In this document: positions 49,704-60,483 of the stretch, piece by piece
Layout of the letters: every line of letters starts with the position of its first letter
Numbering within the stretch: position 1 is the stretch's first letter
Notes under the pieces: model-generated
Databases searched by the model: none
Told to the model about the DNA's origin: nothing
Seen by the model: the letters and a program-made list of their open reading frames with translations, nothing else
Origin: an uncultured Acidobacteriota bacterium
GTDB lineage: Bacteria; Acidobacteriota; Vicinamibacteria; Vicinamibacterales; SCN-69-37
DNA length: 64,000 nt
Reading direction: 5' to 3'
NCBI GenBank assembly: GCA_963730095.1
Contig: CAVSQJ010000002.1
Location: 1,923,779-1,987,778, forward strand
Made by a program: the position numbers and the translations under genes

Positions 49704-50675
49704 TTACTTCACGGCCACGCGCCCAATCGCTTCACCGAGGGCCTCGATCATCTGGCGTTTGAGCGAATCGTAGTCGCCCGAGAGGGTGCAGCCGGCGGCG
49801 TTCTTGTGGCCGCCGCCGTGCCAGCGGCTTGCGACCGTGCGCACGTCGACGTCCTCTTTGGAGCGGAGGCTGACGCGGAAGCCGCCGGTGGTCTGCTGCT
49901 TGAACATCGCGACCGCGACGACTTCCTGCGCGGCGAGCGGCATGTTCACCAGGCCTTCGACATCGTCGTTCGTCGCGCCGCAGGCGGCGAGCAGCTCGTC
50001 GTCGAGGTAGAGCAGCGCCATGCGCCGGTCGTGGTGCAGCTCCATCGCGTTCAGCAGCGCGCCCATGAGGCGCACGCGCCCGATGCCGAAGCTGTCGAAG
50101 ATCTGCCGCGAGAGGCGCGCGAGGTCGACGCCCGTCTCGGCGATGCGGCGGCACGCGTCGAACGTGCGGCCGGTGATTGGGCCGTAGCGGAAGCTGCCCG
50201 TATCGGTCGAGATGGCGAGATAGAGATGCGACGCGATCTCCGGCGTCCATCGCACGCCGAGCGCGTCGATGATGTCGGCGACCATCTCGCCGCACGCGGC
50301 GGCCGACGGATCGAACCAGTTGACCGCGCCGTACATGCCGTTGCCCGCGTGATGATCGATGTTGACGACGAAGTAGCGATCGAGGCCGCCGACGTCCGGC
50401 CGGCTGATGTCGCTGCACTCGAGCAGCACCGAGGCGTCGGCGGGCGAGTCCACGCCGATCGACGATCTCGATGCGATCGGTCTGGGGAACGCGCGGTACG
50501 GCGCCGGCACGGGATCGTGGCCGACGACCCGCACGGTTTTCCCGATCGCCTCGAGCGCCAGCGCGAGCGCCAGCGTCGATCCGACGGCGTCGCCGTCGGG
50601 CCGCGCGTGGGAGGTCAGGATGAAGGACTGCCGCGCGCGAAGCGCCGCGGCGATCTCGGCCGCACTGCCGGTCAC
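49704..50675 (-). CDS. nrnA: DHH/DHHA1 phosphoesterase, NrnA-type oligoribonuclease/pAp phosphatase
   Basis: 323 aa with ...TSHARPDGDAVGS..., ...NIDHHAGN... and ...GGGHKNAAG.... Confidence 0.88.
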   Translation of the reverse strand: MTGSAAEIAAALRARQSFILTSHARPDGDAVGSTLALALALEAIGKTVRVVGHDPVPAPYRAFPRPIASRSSIGVDSPADASVLLECSDISRPDVGGLDRYFVVNIDHHAGNGMYGAVNWFDPSAAACGEMVADIIDALGVRWTPEIASHLYLAISTDTGSFRYGPITGRTFDACRRIAETGVDLARLSRQIFDSFGIGRVRLMGALLNAMELHHDRRMALLYLDDELLAACGATNDDVEGLVNMPLAAQEVVAVAMFKQQTTGGFRVSLRSKEDVDVRTVASRWHGGGHKNAAGCTLSGDYDSLKRQMIEALGEAIGRVAVK

Positions 50676-51046
50676 GAAGGTTCCTCGGGTTTTCTTGCCT
50701 GCCGTTCGGCTTCGAGCTCGATGAGGATCCGCTCGAGCCGGTCCTGCGCTTCGACGCTCTCGTCGAAGTGGAACCGCAGCTCGGGCACGCGGCGCAGCCG
50801 GATTCGGCTGCCGATCTGCCGGCGCAGGAACGGCGTCGCGCGGCCGAGCGCGCGCTTCGTTTCCTCCTTCGCCTTGTCGTCGCCCATCAGCGTGTAGTAC
50901 ACCTGCGCGAGCTGCAGGTCGGGCGACACCTTGACGCGCGTGAGGGTGATGAGGCCGATGCCAGGGTCGTGGACGTCGCTCAGCAGGAGCTGGCTGAGCT
51001 CCTGGCGAATCTGCTCGCCGACGCGATCCGGACGTGATCCCTGCAT
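50672..51046 (-). CDS. rbfA: ribosome-binding factor A
   Basis: 124 aa with ...RVGEQIRQELSQLL...ITLTRVKVSPDLQLAQVYY.... Confidence 0.93.
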   Translation of the reverse strand: MQGSRPDRVGEQIRQELSQLLLSDVHDPGIGLITLTRVKVSPDLQLAQVYYTLMGDDKAKEETKRALGRATPFLRRQIGSRIRLRRVPELRFHFDESVEAQDRLERILIELEAERQARKPEEPS

Positions 51047-51047
51047 G

Positions 51048-51329
51048 TCAGCGAAGGTACTCCACCTGGCTGCGCGTGATGAGCCCGGGCTCGAGGCGCT
51101 CGATTTCGTCCACGACGGACCGCATCGTCTTCTCCGCCATCTCGTCCGACGAGGCCACGGTCACCACGCCGAGCCCGGCCCGCTGCCAGACGTCCTGATG
51201 CGCCACTTCGGCGAGGGCGACGTTGAACGCCTGCAGCCGATCCTTCAGCCGCCGCAACACCATGCGCTTGTCCTTCAGTGACTGCGACATCGGAAGAAAC
51301 AGCTCCAGGGACAGTAGCGCGACGGTCAC
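51048..51329 (-). CDS. DUF503 (YlxP-like) protein
   Basis: 93 aa with ...LELFLPMSQSLKDKRMVLRRLKDRL.... Conserved position between infB and rbfA. Confidence 0.85.
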   Translation of the reverse strand: MTVALLSLELFLPMSQSLKDKRMVLRRLKDRLQAFNVALAEVAHQDVWQRAGLGVVTVASSDEMAEKTMRSVVDEIERLEPGLITRSQVEYLR

Positions 51330-51342
51330 GGGCGATCACTGC

Positions 51343-51421
51343 AAGTCGTAAAGTCGGGAAGTCGATAGGTCGAGAAGTGAACCCTCATGTCACGCGGTCG
51401 ACTTCTCGACTTCTCGACTTT
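51343..51421. repeat. AAGTCGRR octamer hairpin
   Basis: Left arm AAGTCGTA AAGTCGGG AAGTCGAT AGGTCGAG AAGTG (51343-79). Right arm GTCGACTT CTCGACTT CTCGACTT (51397-51421). Fills the infB-DUF503 spacer. Confidence 0.88.
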
Positions 51422-51428
51422 CAACGTT

Positions 51429-54130
51429 TTACGCAGTTTGCGCCACCCGCTCCACGGTGAACACTTCGATGACGTCTCCCACCTTGATGTCATTGAACCG
51501 GTCGAGTGAGATGCCGCATTCGAGCCCGGCCTTGACCTCGCTCACGTCGTCCTTGAAGCGGCGGAGTGACGAGATCTTGCCGTGCCAGACGACGACGTTG
51601 TCGCGGAGCAGGCGGGCCTGCGCGTCGCCCGAGCGCGCGATGCGCCCGTCGAGAACCATGCAGCCGGCGATCGTGCCGACTTTCGGCGTCTTGAAGATCT
51701 GGCGCACGTCGGCGGCGCCCAGTCGCGTTTCCTTCGTCGTGGGCTCGAGCAGCCCGACCATCGCCTTCTTGATCTCGTCGGTCACGTTGTAGATGACCGA
51801 GTGCTGGCGGATGTCGACCTTCTCGCGCTCGGCCACTTCCGCGGCGTTGCGGTCCGGCCGCACGTTGAAGCCGATGATGATCGCGTTCGACGCCGTGGCG
51901 AGCAGCACGTCCGACTCGTTGATCGCGCCGACGCCGGTGTGGATGATGCGGATCTTCACCTTCTCGTCGCTGAGCTTCGTCAGCGTGTCGGCGAGCACCT
52001 CGGCCGAGCCCTGCACGTCGGCCTTGATGATGATCGAGAGCTCCTTCATTCCGCCCTCGGCCATCTGCTGCTGCAGCGATTCGAGCGTGAGACGGCCGCC
52101 CTTGCCGCCGAGCGCCTTCTCTTTGGCCTGCGCCTGGCGGTACGCGATGACCTGACGCGCCTTGGTCGGATCGTCGATCACCTGGAACGTGTCGCCCGGC
52201 TGCGGCAGTGCCGAGAGGCCGAGCACTTCGACCGGCGTCGCGGGCCCGGCTTTCTTGACTTTGCGGCCGAGATGATCGAAGAGCGCGCGCACCTTGCCGT
52301 CGACCGTGCCGGCGATGAACAGATCGCCTTCGCTCAGCGTGCCGTCCTGCACGAGCACCGATCGCGACGGGGCCGCGGCCGCGATCGAGCTTCGCCTCGA
52401 GTACCGTGCCCTGCGCCGTTGCGCTCCGGGTTCGCCTTGAGGTCGGCGAGGTCGGCGACGAGCAGAATCATCTCGAGCAGCTGATCGAGATTCTTGCGCT
52501 GGCGCGCGGACACCTCGACGGTGACCGTCGTGCCGCCCCACTCTTCCGGCATCAGCCCGAGGTCGGACAGCTCGCGCTTCACGCGCTCGGGATTGGCGTC
52601 AGCCTTGTCGATCTTGTTGATCGCCACGACGATCGGCACGTTGGCGGCCTTCGCGTGGTCGATCGCCTCCCTCGTCTGCGGCATGACGCCGTCGTCGGCC
52701 GCGACGACGAGCACGACGATGTCGGTGACGCGGGCGCCGCGGGCGCGCATCATCGTGAACGCCTCGTGGCCCGGCGTGTCGAGGAAGACGACGCGCCGGC
52801 CGTTGATCTCGACCGAGTACGCGCCGATGTGCTGCGTGATGCCGCCCGCTTCGCGCTCGGCGACCTTCGTCTCGCGAATCGCGTCGAGCAGCGACGTCTT
52901 GCCGTGGTCGACGTGGCCCATGACCGTGACGACCGGCGCACGCGTCGTCATGTCTTCCGGCCTGGACGCTTCGCCTTCGACCTCGACGAGCTCTTCCTCG
53001 AAGCTGCGCATCAGGACCTCGGCGCCGAAATCGCGCGCGATGGTCTGCGCCGTCTCCGCGTCGAGCGTCGAGTTGATCGTCATCATCATGCGGCGATCGA
53101 TCAGCCGCTTGAGGACGTCCTTGACCTTGACCTCGAGCTTGTCGGCGAGGTCGCGCACGCTCATGCCTTCCGCGAGCGTGATGAGCTTGGTGATCGGCGG
53201 CGGCGCTTCCTGGGCGAGCGACGCCGACGGGCGGTCGTCGCGGCGGAACGTCCTCGGCCGCGGACCGGCGGGCCGGAACGGCGGCCGCGGTCCGCCTGGC
53301 GGACGCATGCCGGGCGCGCCGGGCGCCGACGGGCGGATCGGCTGAGAGGGCAGCGGGCGCGGGCCGCCGAGCGGCGCCCGCGCCGCGGGCGCCGACGGTC
53401 GCAGGCCGCCGGGACGCACGTCGGACGGCGCGACACCCGGGCGCGTCGGCGCGGGTGGCGACGGCTGCGGTCGCACGACCGGTCGCGGCGGAATGGGCCG
53501 GGCGGCTGGCGCTTCGCCCGTGAGCGGATCTTCGATGCGCAGGCGGCGCGTCGGCGGCACGAGCCGTCCGGCGGGTCGCGCGACGACCGGTGGCGCCGCG
53601 GCGACCGGTGGCGGCGGCGCGACGGGACGGTGAATCTGTGGCGGCGGCGCCTCGACGGGCGCTTCGGCCACGGCCGCGGCGGCGATCTCGACTTCGGGCA
53701 CGTGCGTCACCTCGGGCACGTGCATGTCGGGTTCGAGCTCGGGCAGCGCCTCGTCGTGCGCAGGCGGCTCGGCCACGGCGGCCGCGGCGGCGACCTCGCC
53801 CTCCACGGTCTCGGGCGCGGCGGCGGGCCGGATCGTCTTGATCAGGCGCGGCCGGAGCGCGGGCGCCGCCGGCTTCGGCGGCTCGGGCGCGGCCTTCGCC
53901 TTACCGCCGGCCTTCTTGGCCGCCGGCGCGTCAGCAAAGAGCGACCCGGTCGGCAGCGTGATGTTCCGCTTTCTGGCGTGTCGCTCGACGAACTGGCGCG
54001 CGACGATCTCCTCGATCGAGCTCGACGCGCTCTTCACGTCGATGCCGGTCTCCTGCTTGAGCAGGTTCATTGCGTCCTGGCTCGACAGACCCAGCAGCTC
54101 GGCGACCTTGTAGATGCGGACAGTGGACAA
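51429..54130 (-). CDS. infB: translation initiation factor IF-2; two frame breaks (~52417, ~52361)
   Basis: ORF 52334-54130 holds the N-terminal and Pro-rich region and the G domain (GHVDHGKT...DTPGHEAF...NKID). ORF 51429-52541 holds the C-terminal domains. The linking peptide [18 protein letters not shown] is in the third frame. TTG start. Confidence 0.92.
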
Positions 54131-54170
54131 GACTCCCCCGATTCCAGAAAGCGCAGATCAATTCCGATCT

Positions 54171-54199
54171 CTGAACTTCAAACTTCTAACTTCAAACTC

Positions 54200-54210
<11 letters not shown>
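54171..54210. repeat. single-arm AACTTC-type heptamer array (GAAGTT-type on the sense strand)
   Basis: CTGAACT TCAAACT TCTAACT TCAAACT CCTAACT TCC. Overlaps the last codons and stop of nusA, in the nusA-infB spacer. Confidence 0.85.
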
Positions 54211-55558
<1,348 letters not shown>

Positions 55559-55589
55559 GCTGTCCTTCTTTCAGCTAACGTACTGCTTT

Positions 55590-55723
55590 GAACTGACCTC
55601 GGGTCAGGCCCGGCTGACGCCATTCGGGGCCAGACCCGCGCTCACACCACCGGCCCGAACTGGCCTCGGGTCAGGCCCGGCTGACGCCATTCGGGGCCAG
55701 ACCCGCGCTCACACTGCCGGCCG
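55590..55723 (-). repeat. tandem duplication (2 x 67 nt, 4 mismatches) of the GGGTCTGACCC-type double-palindrome element (copies 3 and 4)
   Basis: Copy at 55590-55656 and copy at 55657-55723. The reverse complement of each contains GGGTCTGGCCCC-GAA-TGGCGTCAGCC-GGGCCTGACCC. Together they fill the rimP-nusA spacer, sense-oriented relative to the operon. Confidence 0.9.
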
Positions 55724-55727
55724 ACGG

Positions 55728-56273
55728 CTAGAACTCGACTTCCAGCCGTGCGCGGCTGATGGCGTCGAGCGGGACGCGGTGTGTGCGCTTGCCCTCGGCG
55801 ACGAGCACCACGCCATCGTCGAAGCCTGCGAGCCGGCCGGCGAAGTGCGATTGGCCGTCGATCGGCGCCTTCGTCACGATCTTCGCGAGCCGCCCGGCGA
55901 ATCGCCTGTAGTCGGCCTCACCGCGCAGCGGTCGATCGAGTCCAGGCGAGGAGACTTCCAGCGTGTAGTTACGGTCCACGCCGGCCATCAGATCGTCCTC
56001 GACGTCGATCAGCGCGCTCAGGTCTTCACTCACGCGCCGGCAGTCGTCGATCGAAACTCCATCGCCCCGCTCGCCGCCCGGCTCGGGATCGGGCCGCCCC
56101 GATCCCCCGGGTCGATCCAGGATCACACGGAGCACCCAGCCAATCGACTCGCGGCGAAACTGGAGGTCGAAGATCTCGAGCCCGTAGCTTGCGGCGATGC
56201 GAGCAGCAGCGGCCCGCAATCGGGCCAGCGTTTCGTCGGGGACCGGCACTACGATCGTGCTCCTAAAACACAA
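55728..56273 (-). CDS. rimP: ribosome maturation factor RimP
   Basis: Contains ...GLEIFDLQFRRESIGWVLRVILDRP...YTLEVSSPGLDRPL.... The listed TTG start (56271-73) lies in the T-tract of a terminator-like hairpin, so the GTG at 56247-56249 is a likelier start. Confidence 0.88.
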   Translation of the reverse strand: MCFRSTIVVPVPDETLARLRAAAARIAASYGLEIFDLQFRRESIGWVLRVILDRPGGSGRPDPEPGGERGDGVSIDDCRRVSEDLSALIDVEDDLMAGVDRNYTLEVSSPGLDRPLRGEADYRRFAGRLAKIVTKAPIDGQSHFAGRLAGFDDGVVLVAEGKRTHRVPLDAISRARLEVEF

Positions 56274-56294
56274 AAAGTGGGCACCCGCCCACTT
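56262..56294 (-). terminator. candidate rho-independent terminator after the Crp-family gene
   Basis: The minus strand reads AAGTGGGC-GGGT-GCCCACTT followed by TTTGTGTTTTAGG. Confidence 0.6.
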
Positions 56295-56389
56295 AGCAAG
56301 TCTTTCCCGCTAAGACCACCGACAAGTATAGCAGACGCGCGGCGCCCGGCGGAGAGGGCGGTCCGGGCCGCGGTCGGGCGTCGCCGTGC

Positions 56390-57121
56390 CTAATCGTGCA
56401 GGACGACCGTGAGCAGGGAGTTGTTCACCTTGAGGCCGGCCGAGTAATCGATGAACCCCAGGCGCTGGAACTTCTTCATGAAGAAATTGACGCGCGATCG
56501 GGTCGTCCCGACCATCTCCGCGAGGGTTTCCTGCGAAATCGGCGGGACCGCTCGCACGGGCCGGTTGGGCTGCCCGTACCGGGCCAGCAACAACAGGGCC
56601 CGCGCCAGCCGTTTCTCGCTCGAATTGAACAACTGGTCGATCAGATCCTCTTCGATCCGGATGTTTCGCGCCAGCATGTGCGCGATGAACCGATCCGACA
56701 GCGCGTGCTCTTCGTGCAGCAGGTCCGTCATTCGATCCCGGTCGACGGCGAGGATCGTGGTGGGCGTCGTCACGGTCGCACTGCCCATTCGGACACGCTG
56801 ACCGGCCAGGCACCCTTCCCCGAAGAACTCGCCTGGGCCCAGCATGGCGACGACCGCTTGCCGGCCGGCCTTTGAAAGCACCGACAGCTTCACGCCGCCC
56901 TTTTGAATGTAGAGGACATGATCGCCCGGATCGCCTTGGGCGAAGACGATATCGCCCCGACGATACTCGACGACCCTTCGATCGACGCCGGCCGAATCCA
57001 GGAAGGCCTTGGCGTCGAACTTGGATCCCGGCCTCGATCTTATCGCCGGTCGCCTCGCGGCGTGGTCGAGCGGCATCGTCCGCCTCGTTCGCGAATGGAT
57101 CGGTTTCGGAATGTTTTTCAC
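56390..57121 (-). CDS. Crp/Fnr-family transcriptional regulator (cNMP-binding + HTH)
   Basis: 243 aa with a beta-roll region ...GDIVFAQGDPGDHVLYIQKGGVKLS...GEFFGEG... and a C-terminal HTH ...ISQETLAEMVGTTRSRVNFFMKKF.... Confidence 0.9.
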   Translation of the reverse strand: MKNIPKPIHSRTRRTMPLDHAARRPAIRSRPGSKFDAKAFLDSAGVDRRVVEYRRGDIVFAQGDPGDHVLYIQKGGVKLSVLSKAGRQAVVAMLGPGEFFGEGCLAGQRVRMGSATVTTPTTILAVDRDRMTDLLHEEHALSDRFIAHMLARNIRIEEDLIDQLFNSSEKRLARALLLLARYGQPNRPVRAVPPISQETLAEMVGTTRSRVNFFMKKFQRLGFIDYSAGLKVNNSLLTVVLHD

Positions 57122-57130
57122 GGTGCGGTC

Positions 57131-57316
57131 TCAGCGTTCCAGTGGGCGCGGGCGCCGGTCTCTCGACGCTACGCCGAGCCAGGGCACGACCACAAGACCC
57201 ACGGCAAACAACGAGAGATTCGTGCCGACACCTTGCGGCGGGAAGACGAGCAGGACGAGCCCGAAGCCGAGGATCCAGGCCGGCATGAGGACGTTGCGTG
57301 TGAATCTCGCGGGCAT
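57131..57316 (-). CDS. small two-TM membrane protein, function unknown
   Basis: 61 aa with strong GC3 bias and two hydrophobic helices. Lies 9 nt upstream of the Crp-family gene, co-directional. Confidence 0.45.
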   Translation of the reverse strand: MPARFTRNVLMPAWILGFGLVLLVFPPQGVGTNLSLFAVGLVVVPWLGVASRDRRPRPLER

Positions 57317-57450
57317 GGGGGTCTCCGACGGGTACTAGCCTAGCGCGGCAGGGGGGATCACGCGCTGTTCTGTAGTGCACAGTCTCCTAACGCACAGACA
57401 GCGACGCCGCGAATCACTACGCTGGTCAAACACCTAAGGGAGGTCCGCCC

Positions 57451-58179
57451 ATGCTTCGTCGCTACCTCAGTCTCGCCGCTTGCCTCGCCGCCGCATCTTT
57501 GACGGTCGGGGCCCAGGTCAAGGAAAAGGATCAGAACAAGGAACAGGAACGCCTCGCCAACTGCGGGGTCGTCATGTCGGAGATCTTGAACGTCCCCGAC
57601 AACGTTCCGCAGGAAGTGCTCGACAAGGCCGAGTGCGTGATCGTCATTCCGTCGATGACGAAGGTCGCGGTCGGCCTGGGCGGCAGCTATGGTCGCGGCG
57701 CGATGGTCTGTCGCTCCGGCAAGACCTTCAAGGGGCCGTGGGGATCGCCAGCGATGTACTCGATCGAAGGCGGGAGCTTCGGTCTGCAGCTCGGCGCGGA
57801 ATCGACCGACGTCGTGCTGATGGTCATGAACGCGCGCGGCGCGGAGGCGCTGCTCGGCAGCACGGTCAAGCTTGGCGGCGACGCCTCGGCGTCGGCCGGA
57901 CCCAAGGGACGCCATCTCGAAGCCTCGACGGACGCGACGATGCGCGCGGAGGTTCTCAGCTATTCCCGCTCGCGCGGTCTGTTCGCCGGCGTCTCGCTCG
58001 AGGGCTCATCCCTCCGACCCGATGACGACGCCACAGAGCAGGTGTACGGACACCGGATGAGCGCGCGGTCGGTCATCACGGGTTCGGACACGAAAGTGCC
58101 GGCCTCTGGCCGCGCGTTCGTGGACGTGCTGCAGAAGCACGCGCCGTACAACGAATCGGGCAAGGCCCCGGTTCGCTGA
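57451..58179 (+). CDS. SYLF (Ysc84/DUF500) lipid-binding domain protein, secreted
   Basis: AAGGGAGG RBS and a signal peptide. Contains ...CVIVIPSMTKVAVGLGGSYGRG...GGSFGLQLGAE...SRGLFAGVSLEG.... Confidence 0.8.
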   Translation: MLRRYLSLAACLAAASLTVGAQVKEKDQNKEQERLANCGVVMSEILNVPDNVPQEVLDKAECVIVIPSMTKVAVGLGGSYGRGAMVCRSGKTFKGPWGSPAMYSIEGGSFGLQLGAESTDVVLMVMNARGAEALLGSTVKLGGDASASAGPKGRHLEASTDATMRAEVLSYSRSRGLFAGVSLEGSSLRPDDDATEQVYGHRMSARSVITGSDTKVPASGRAFVDVLQKHAPYNESGKAPVR

Positions 58180-58189
58180 CAGGACCGAC

Positions 58190-58951
58190 GTGCCGACCTC
58201 ATTGATGCGCGTTGACGGCCTGCCGCTGGAATTGGAGCGAACGGCCGAGAGGCAGTTGGTCCAGGAGCGCGGTCAACACGAAACGTTCGTGTCGACGCTG
58301 GCACACGAGCTCCGCCAGCCCCTCTCGGCCCTCACCCAGGCCGCGGAAATCATCCGACTCGTCTCGCTGTCCCCGGTAGCCAGCCGGGCCGCCGAGATCA
58401 TTCAGCGCCAGACGCGTCAGATGAGCCGCGTCGTCGAGGATCTGTTCGATGCGGCGCGATGGGCGAAGGGGAAGTTGGCGCTGCGGTTGGAACGGGTGGA
58501 CGTTCGCCAGGCGGTCACCGCGGCCGCGATGGATGCGAGGGCGGCCATCGAGGCGCGGGGGCATGAGCTGGTGGTCTCAACCGCGCGCTCTCCGCTCTGG
58601 GTCGACGCCGATCCCGAACGCCTGCAGCAGGTGCTCTCGAATCTGCTCGACAATGCCATCAAGTGCACCGAGCCGCGGGGCCGGATCCATCTGATCGCGA
58701 CGCGAGTGAATGCGACGGTCACCGTGCGCGTCAGGGATACCGGATGCGGACTCGAACCCCAGGCGCTGGCGCACATCTTCGACTTGTTCTCCCAGGTCCG
58801 GCCCGAACAGGGCACTGGACTGGGTCTCGGGCTGAGCGTGGTGCTTGAAATCGTGACACTCCACCGAGGTCGGGTCGAAGCTCGAAGCGATGGCCACGGA
58901 CTCGGAAGCGAGTTCATCGTGACTCTGCCGCTGGCCTTCCCTCAGGCGTGA
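58190..58951 (+). CDS. soluble sensor histidine kinase (HisKA + HATPase_c only)
   Basis: 253 aa with H-box FVSTLAHELRQPLSAL, N-box LLDNAIKCT and G-boxes DTGCGL / GTGLGLS. No TM helix or sensor domain. Confidence 0.88.
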   Translation: MPTSLMRVDGLPLELERTAERQLVQERGQHETFVSTLAHELRQPLSALTQAAEIIRLVSLSPVASRAAEIIQRQTRQMSRVVEDLFDAARWAKGKLALRLERVDVRQAVTAAAMDARAAIEARGHELVVSTARSPLWVDADPERLQQVLSNLLDNAIKCTEPRGRIHLIATRVNATVTVRVRDTGCGLEPQALAHIFDLFSQVRPEQGTGLGLGLSVVLEIVTLHRGRVEARSDGHGLGSEFIVTLPLAFPQA

Positions 58952-59065
58952 GGACCGGCGACGCTCGCCGGCCGCCCTGGACCGTTCTGCACATACCCGC
59001 CGCACCCTCCCCGGCTAGGCTCGTGGGAGCCGAGTGAGCGGACGTCGAGAAGTCGAGGAGTCAAT

Positions 59066-59281
59066 GTGTCTACAGTGAATGGCCGGGTCAAGCGCCTGGT
59101 GAATGACCAGGGATTTGGGTTCATCGCGGCTGACGACGGCCGGGAATACTTCTTTCACCGGTCGGGCTGCCACGGCGCGGAGTTCGGCGATCTTCGCGAG
59201 GGCCAGGCCGTCACCCTCGACTGTGGGGCAGGCCGAGTCACGCCGCTGGCCTCAGAGGTCATCCCGAAGGCCAAGCTCTAG
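59066..59281 (+). CDS. cold-shock domain protein
   Basis: 71 aa with a GTG start after GAGGAG. RNP1-like GFGFI and RNP2-like YFFH. Preceded by a 114-nt leader. Confidence 0.8.
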   Translation: MSTVNGRVKRLVNDQGFGFIAADDGREYFFHRSGCHGAEFGDLREGQAVTLDCGAGRVTPLASEVIPKAKL

Positions 59282-59299
59282 CCGTTCGGGTTCCGCTTC

Positions 59300-60223
59300 A
59301 TGGCGATTGACCAATCTCTGCAGTTCGCCAGCCGCGAGCAGGCGGAGGCGACGCTGAACTCGATCGGTGACGCCGTGCTCAGCACGGACGTCAACGGCAA
59401 CGTCGCCTATCTCAACCTCGCCGCTGAGACCATGACTGGCTGGACGCGTGAGGCCGCCGTCGGGCGTCCTCTCGACGACGTGTTCCGCATCATCGACCGC
59501 GAGGCGCGCACTGCCGCGCGCAACCCGCTGAGTCTGGCTATTCGGCTCAACAAGACGGTGGGCCTCAGTGCCAACTGTCTCCTCGTCCGGCGCGATGGCC
59601 GCGAGGTCGCGATCGAAGACTCTGCCGCGCCCATCCATGACGCTCAGGGGCTCATGACGGGTGCCGTCATCGTGTTTCGCGACGTGGGGGCCGCCCTCGA
59701 AACGTCGCGGCAGATGTCCCATCTGGCGCAGCATGACGCGCTGACCGGCCTTCCGAACCGCCTGCTCCTGCACGATCGACTCACCGAGGCAATCACGCTC
59801 GCGCATCGACATGGCAAGCCGATCGCCGTGCTGTTCCTGGATGTCGACCGATTCAAGGCCGTCAACGACGCGCTGGGCCACGCTTCGGCCGACCAGGTAC
59901 TGCGCTCGATCGCGATGCGCCTGAGCGGCACCCTCCGCCGGTCGGACACCGTGAGCCGCTACGGTGGAGACGAGTTCGTGATCGTGCTCTCTGAGCTTGA
60001 AAGGACGGGGGACGCGGAGCTGGTCGCGCGAAAGCTGTTGACGGCGATCGACGGAGTGCACCGCGTCGACGAAACGGATGTCCACGTGACGGCCAGCGTG
60101 GGCGTGAGCCTGTATCCCGACCACGGTGGCGACGCCGGGACGCTCATCGCTTCCGCTGACGCGGCGATGTATCACGCCAAACGCGCCGGCCCCGGCAGTT
60201 ACCGGGTGTCGCCGTCGTCTTGA
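59300..60223 (+). CDS. PAS-domain diguanylate cyclase (GGDEF)
   Basis: 307 aa with a PAS region (...IGDAVLSTDVNGNVAYLN...), then HDALTGLPNR...RYGGDEFVIVL. Confidence 0.9.
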   Translation: MAIDQSLQFASREQAEATLNSIGDAVLSTDVNGNVAYLNLAAETMTGWTREAAVGRPLDDVFRIIDREARTAARNPLSLAIRLNKTVGLSANCLLVRRDGREVAIEDSAAPIHDAQGLMTGAVIVFRDVGAALETSRQMSHLAQHDALTGLPNRLLLHDRLTEAITLAHRHGKPIAVLFLDVDRFKAVNDALGHASADQVLRSIAMRLSGTLRRSDTVSRYGGDEFVIVLSELERTGDAELVARKLLTAIDGVHRVDETDVHVTASVGVSLYPDHGGDAGTLIASADAAMYHAKRAGPGSYRVSPSS

Positions 60224-60279
60224 TCACCTGACGCGGAACGCAACGCGACGTGCGGCTGACGAGCCCACGAACACGCGGT

Positions 60280-60483
60280 TTACGCGCGCGGCCGTGTCGA
60301 GACGACGGCGCCCGGGGAGTGCGCGTGGTTCCGCTTGCCGCAGTACGGACAGAAGTACTCGTTGTAGGTCAGGTAGCCCCAGAAGCCTTGCAGCCCGGCG
60401 CACTCGAGCTCCAGCGCGCGGTGACACGCGCCGCACGCCGCCTCGACGACCACGTGCGACGGGGCCGTGAGGGTCACGCTCAT
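60280..60483 (-). CDS. 67-aa zinc-ribbon-like protein, function unknown
   Basis: Contains CGAC...C...CPYC and shows high GC3. Its ATG overlaps the stop of the SPFH gene (ATGA). Confidence 0.6.
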   Translation of the reverse strand: MSVTLTAPSHVVVEAACGACHRALELECAGLQGFWGYLTYNEYFCPYCGKRNHAHSPGAVVSTRPRA

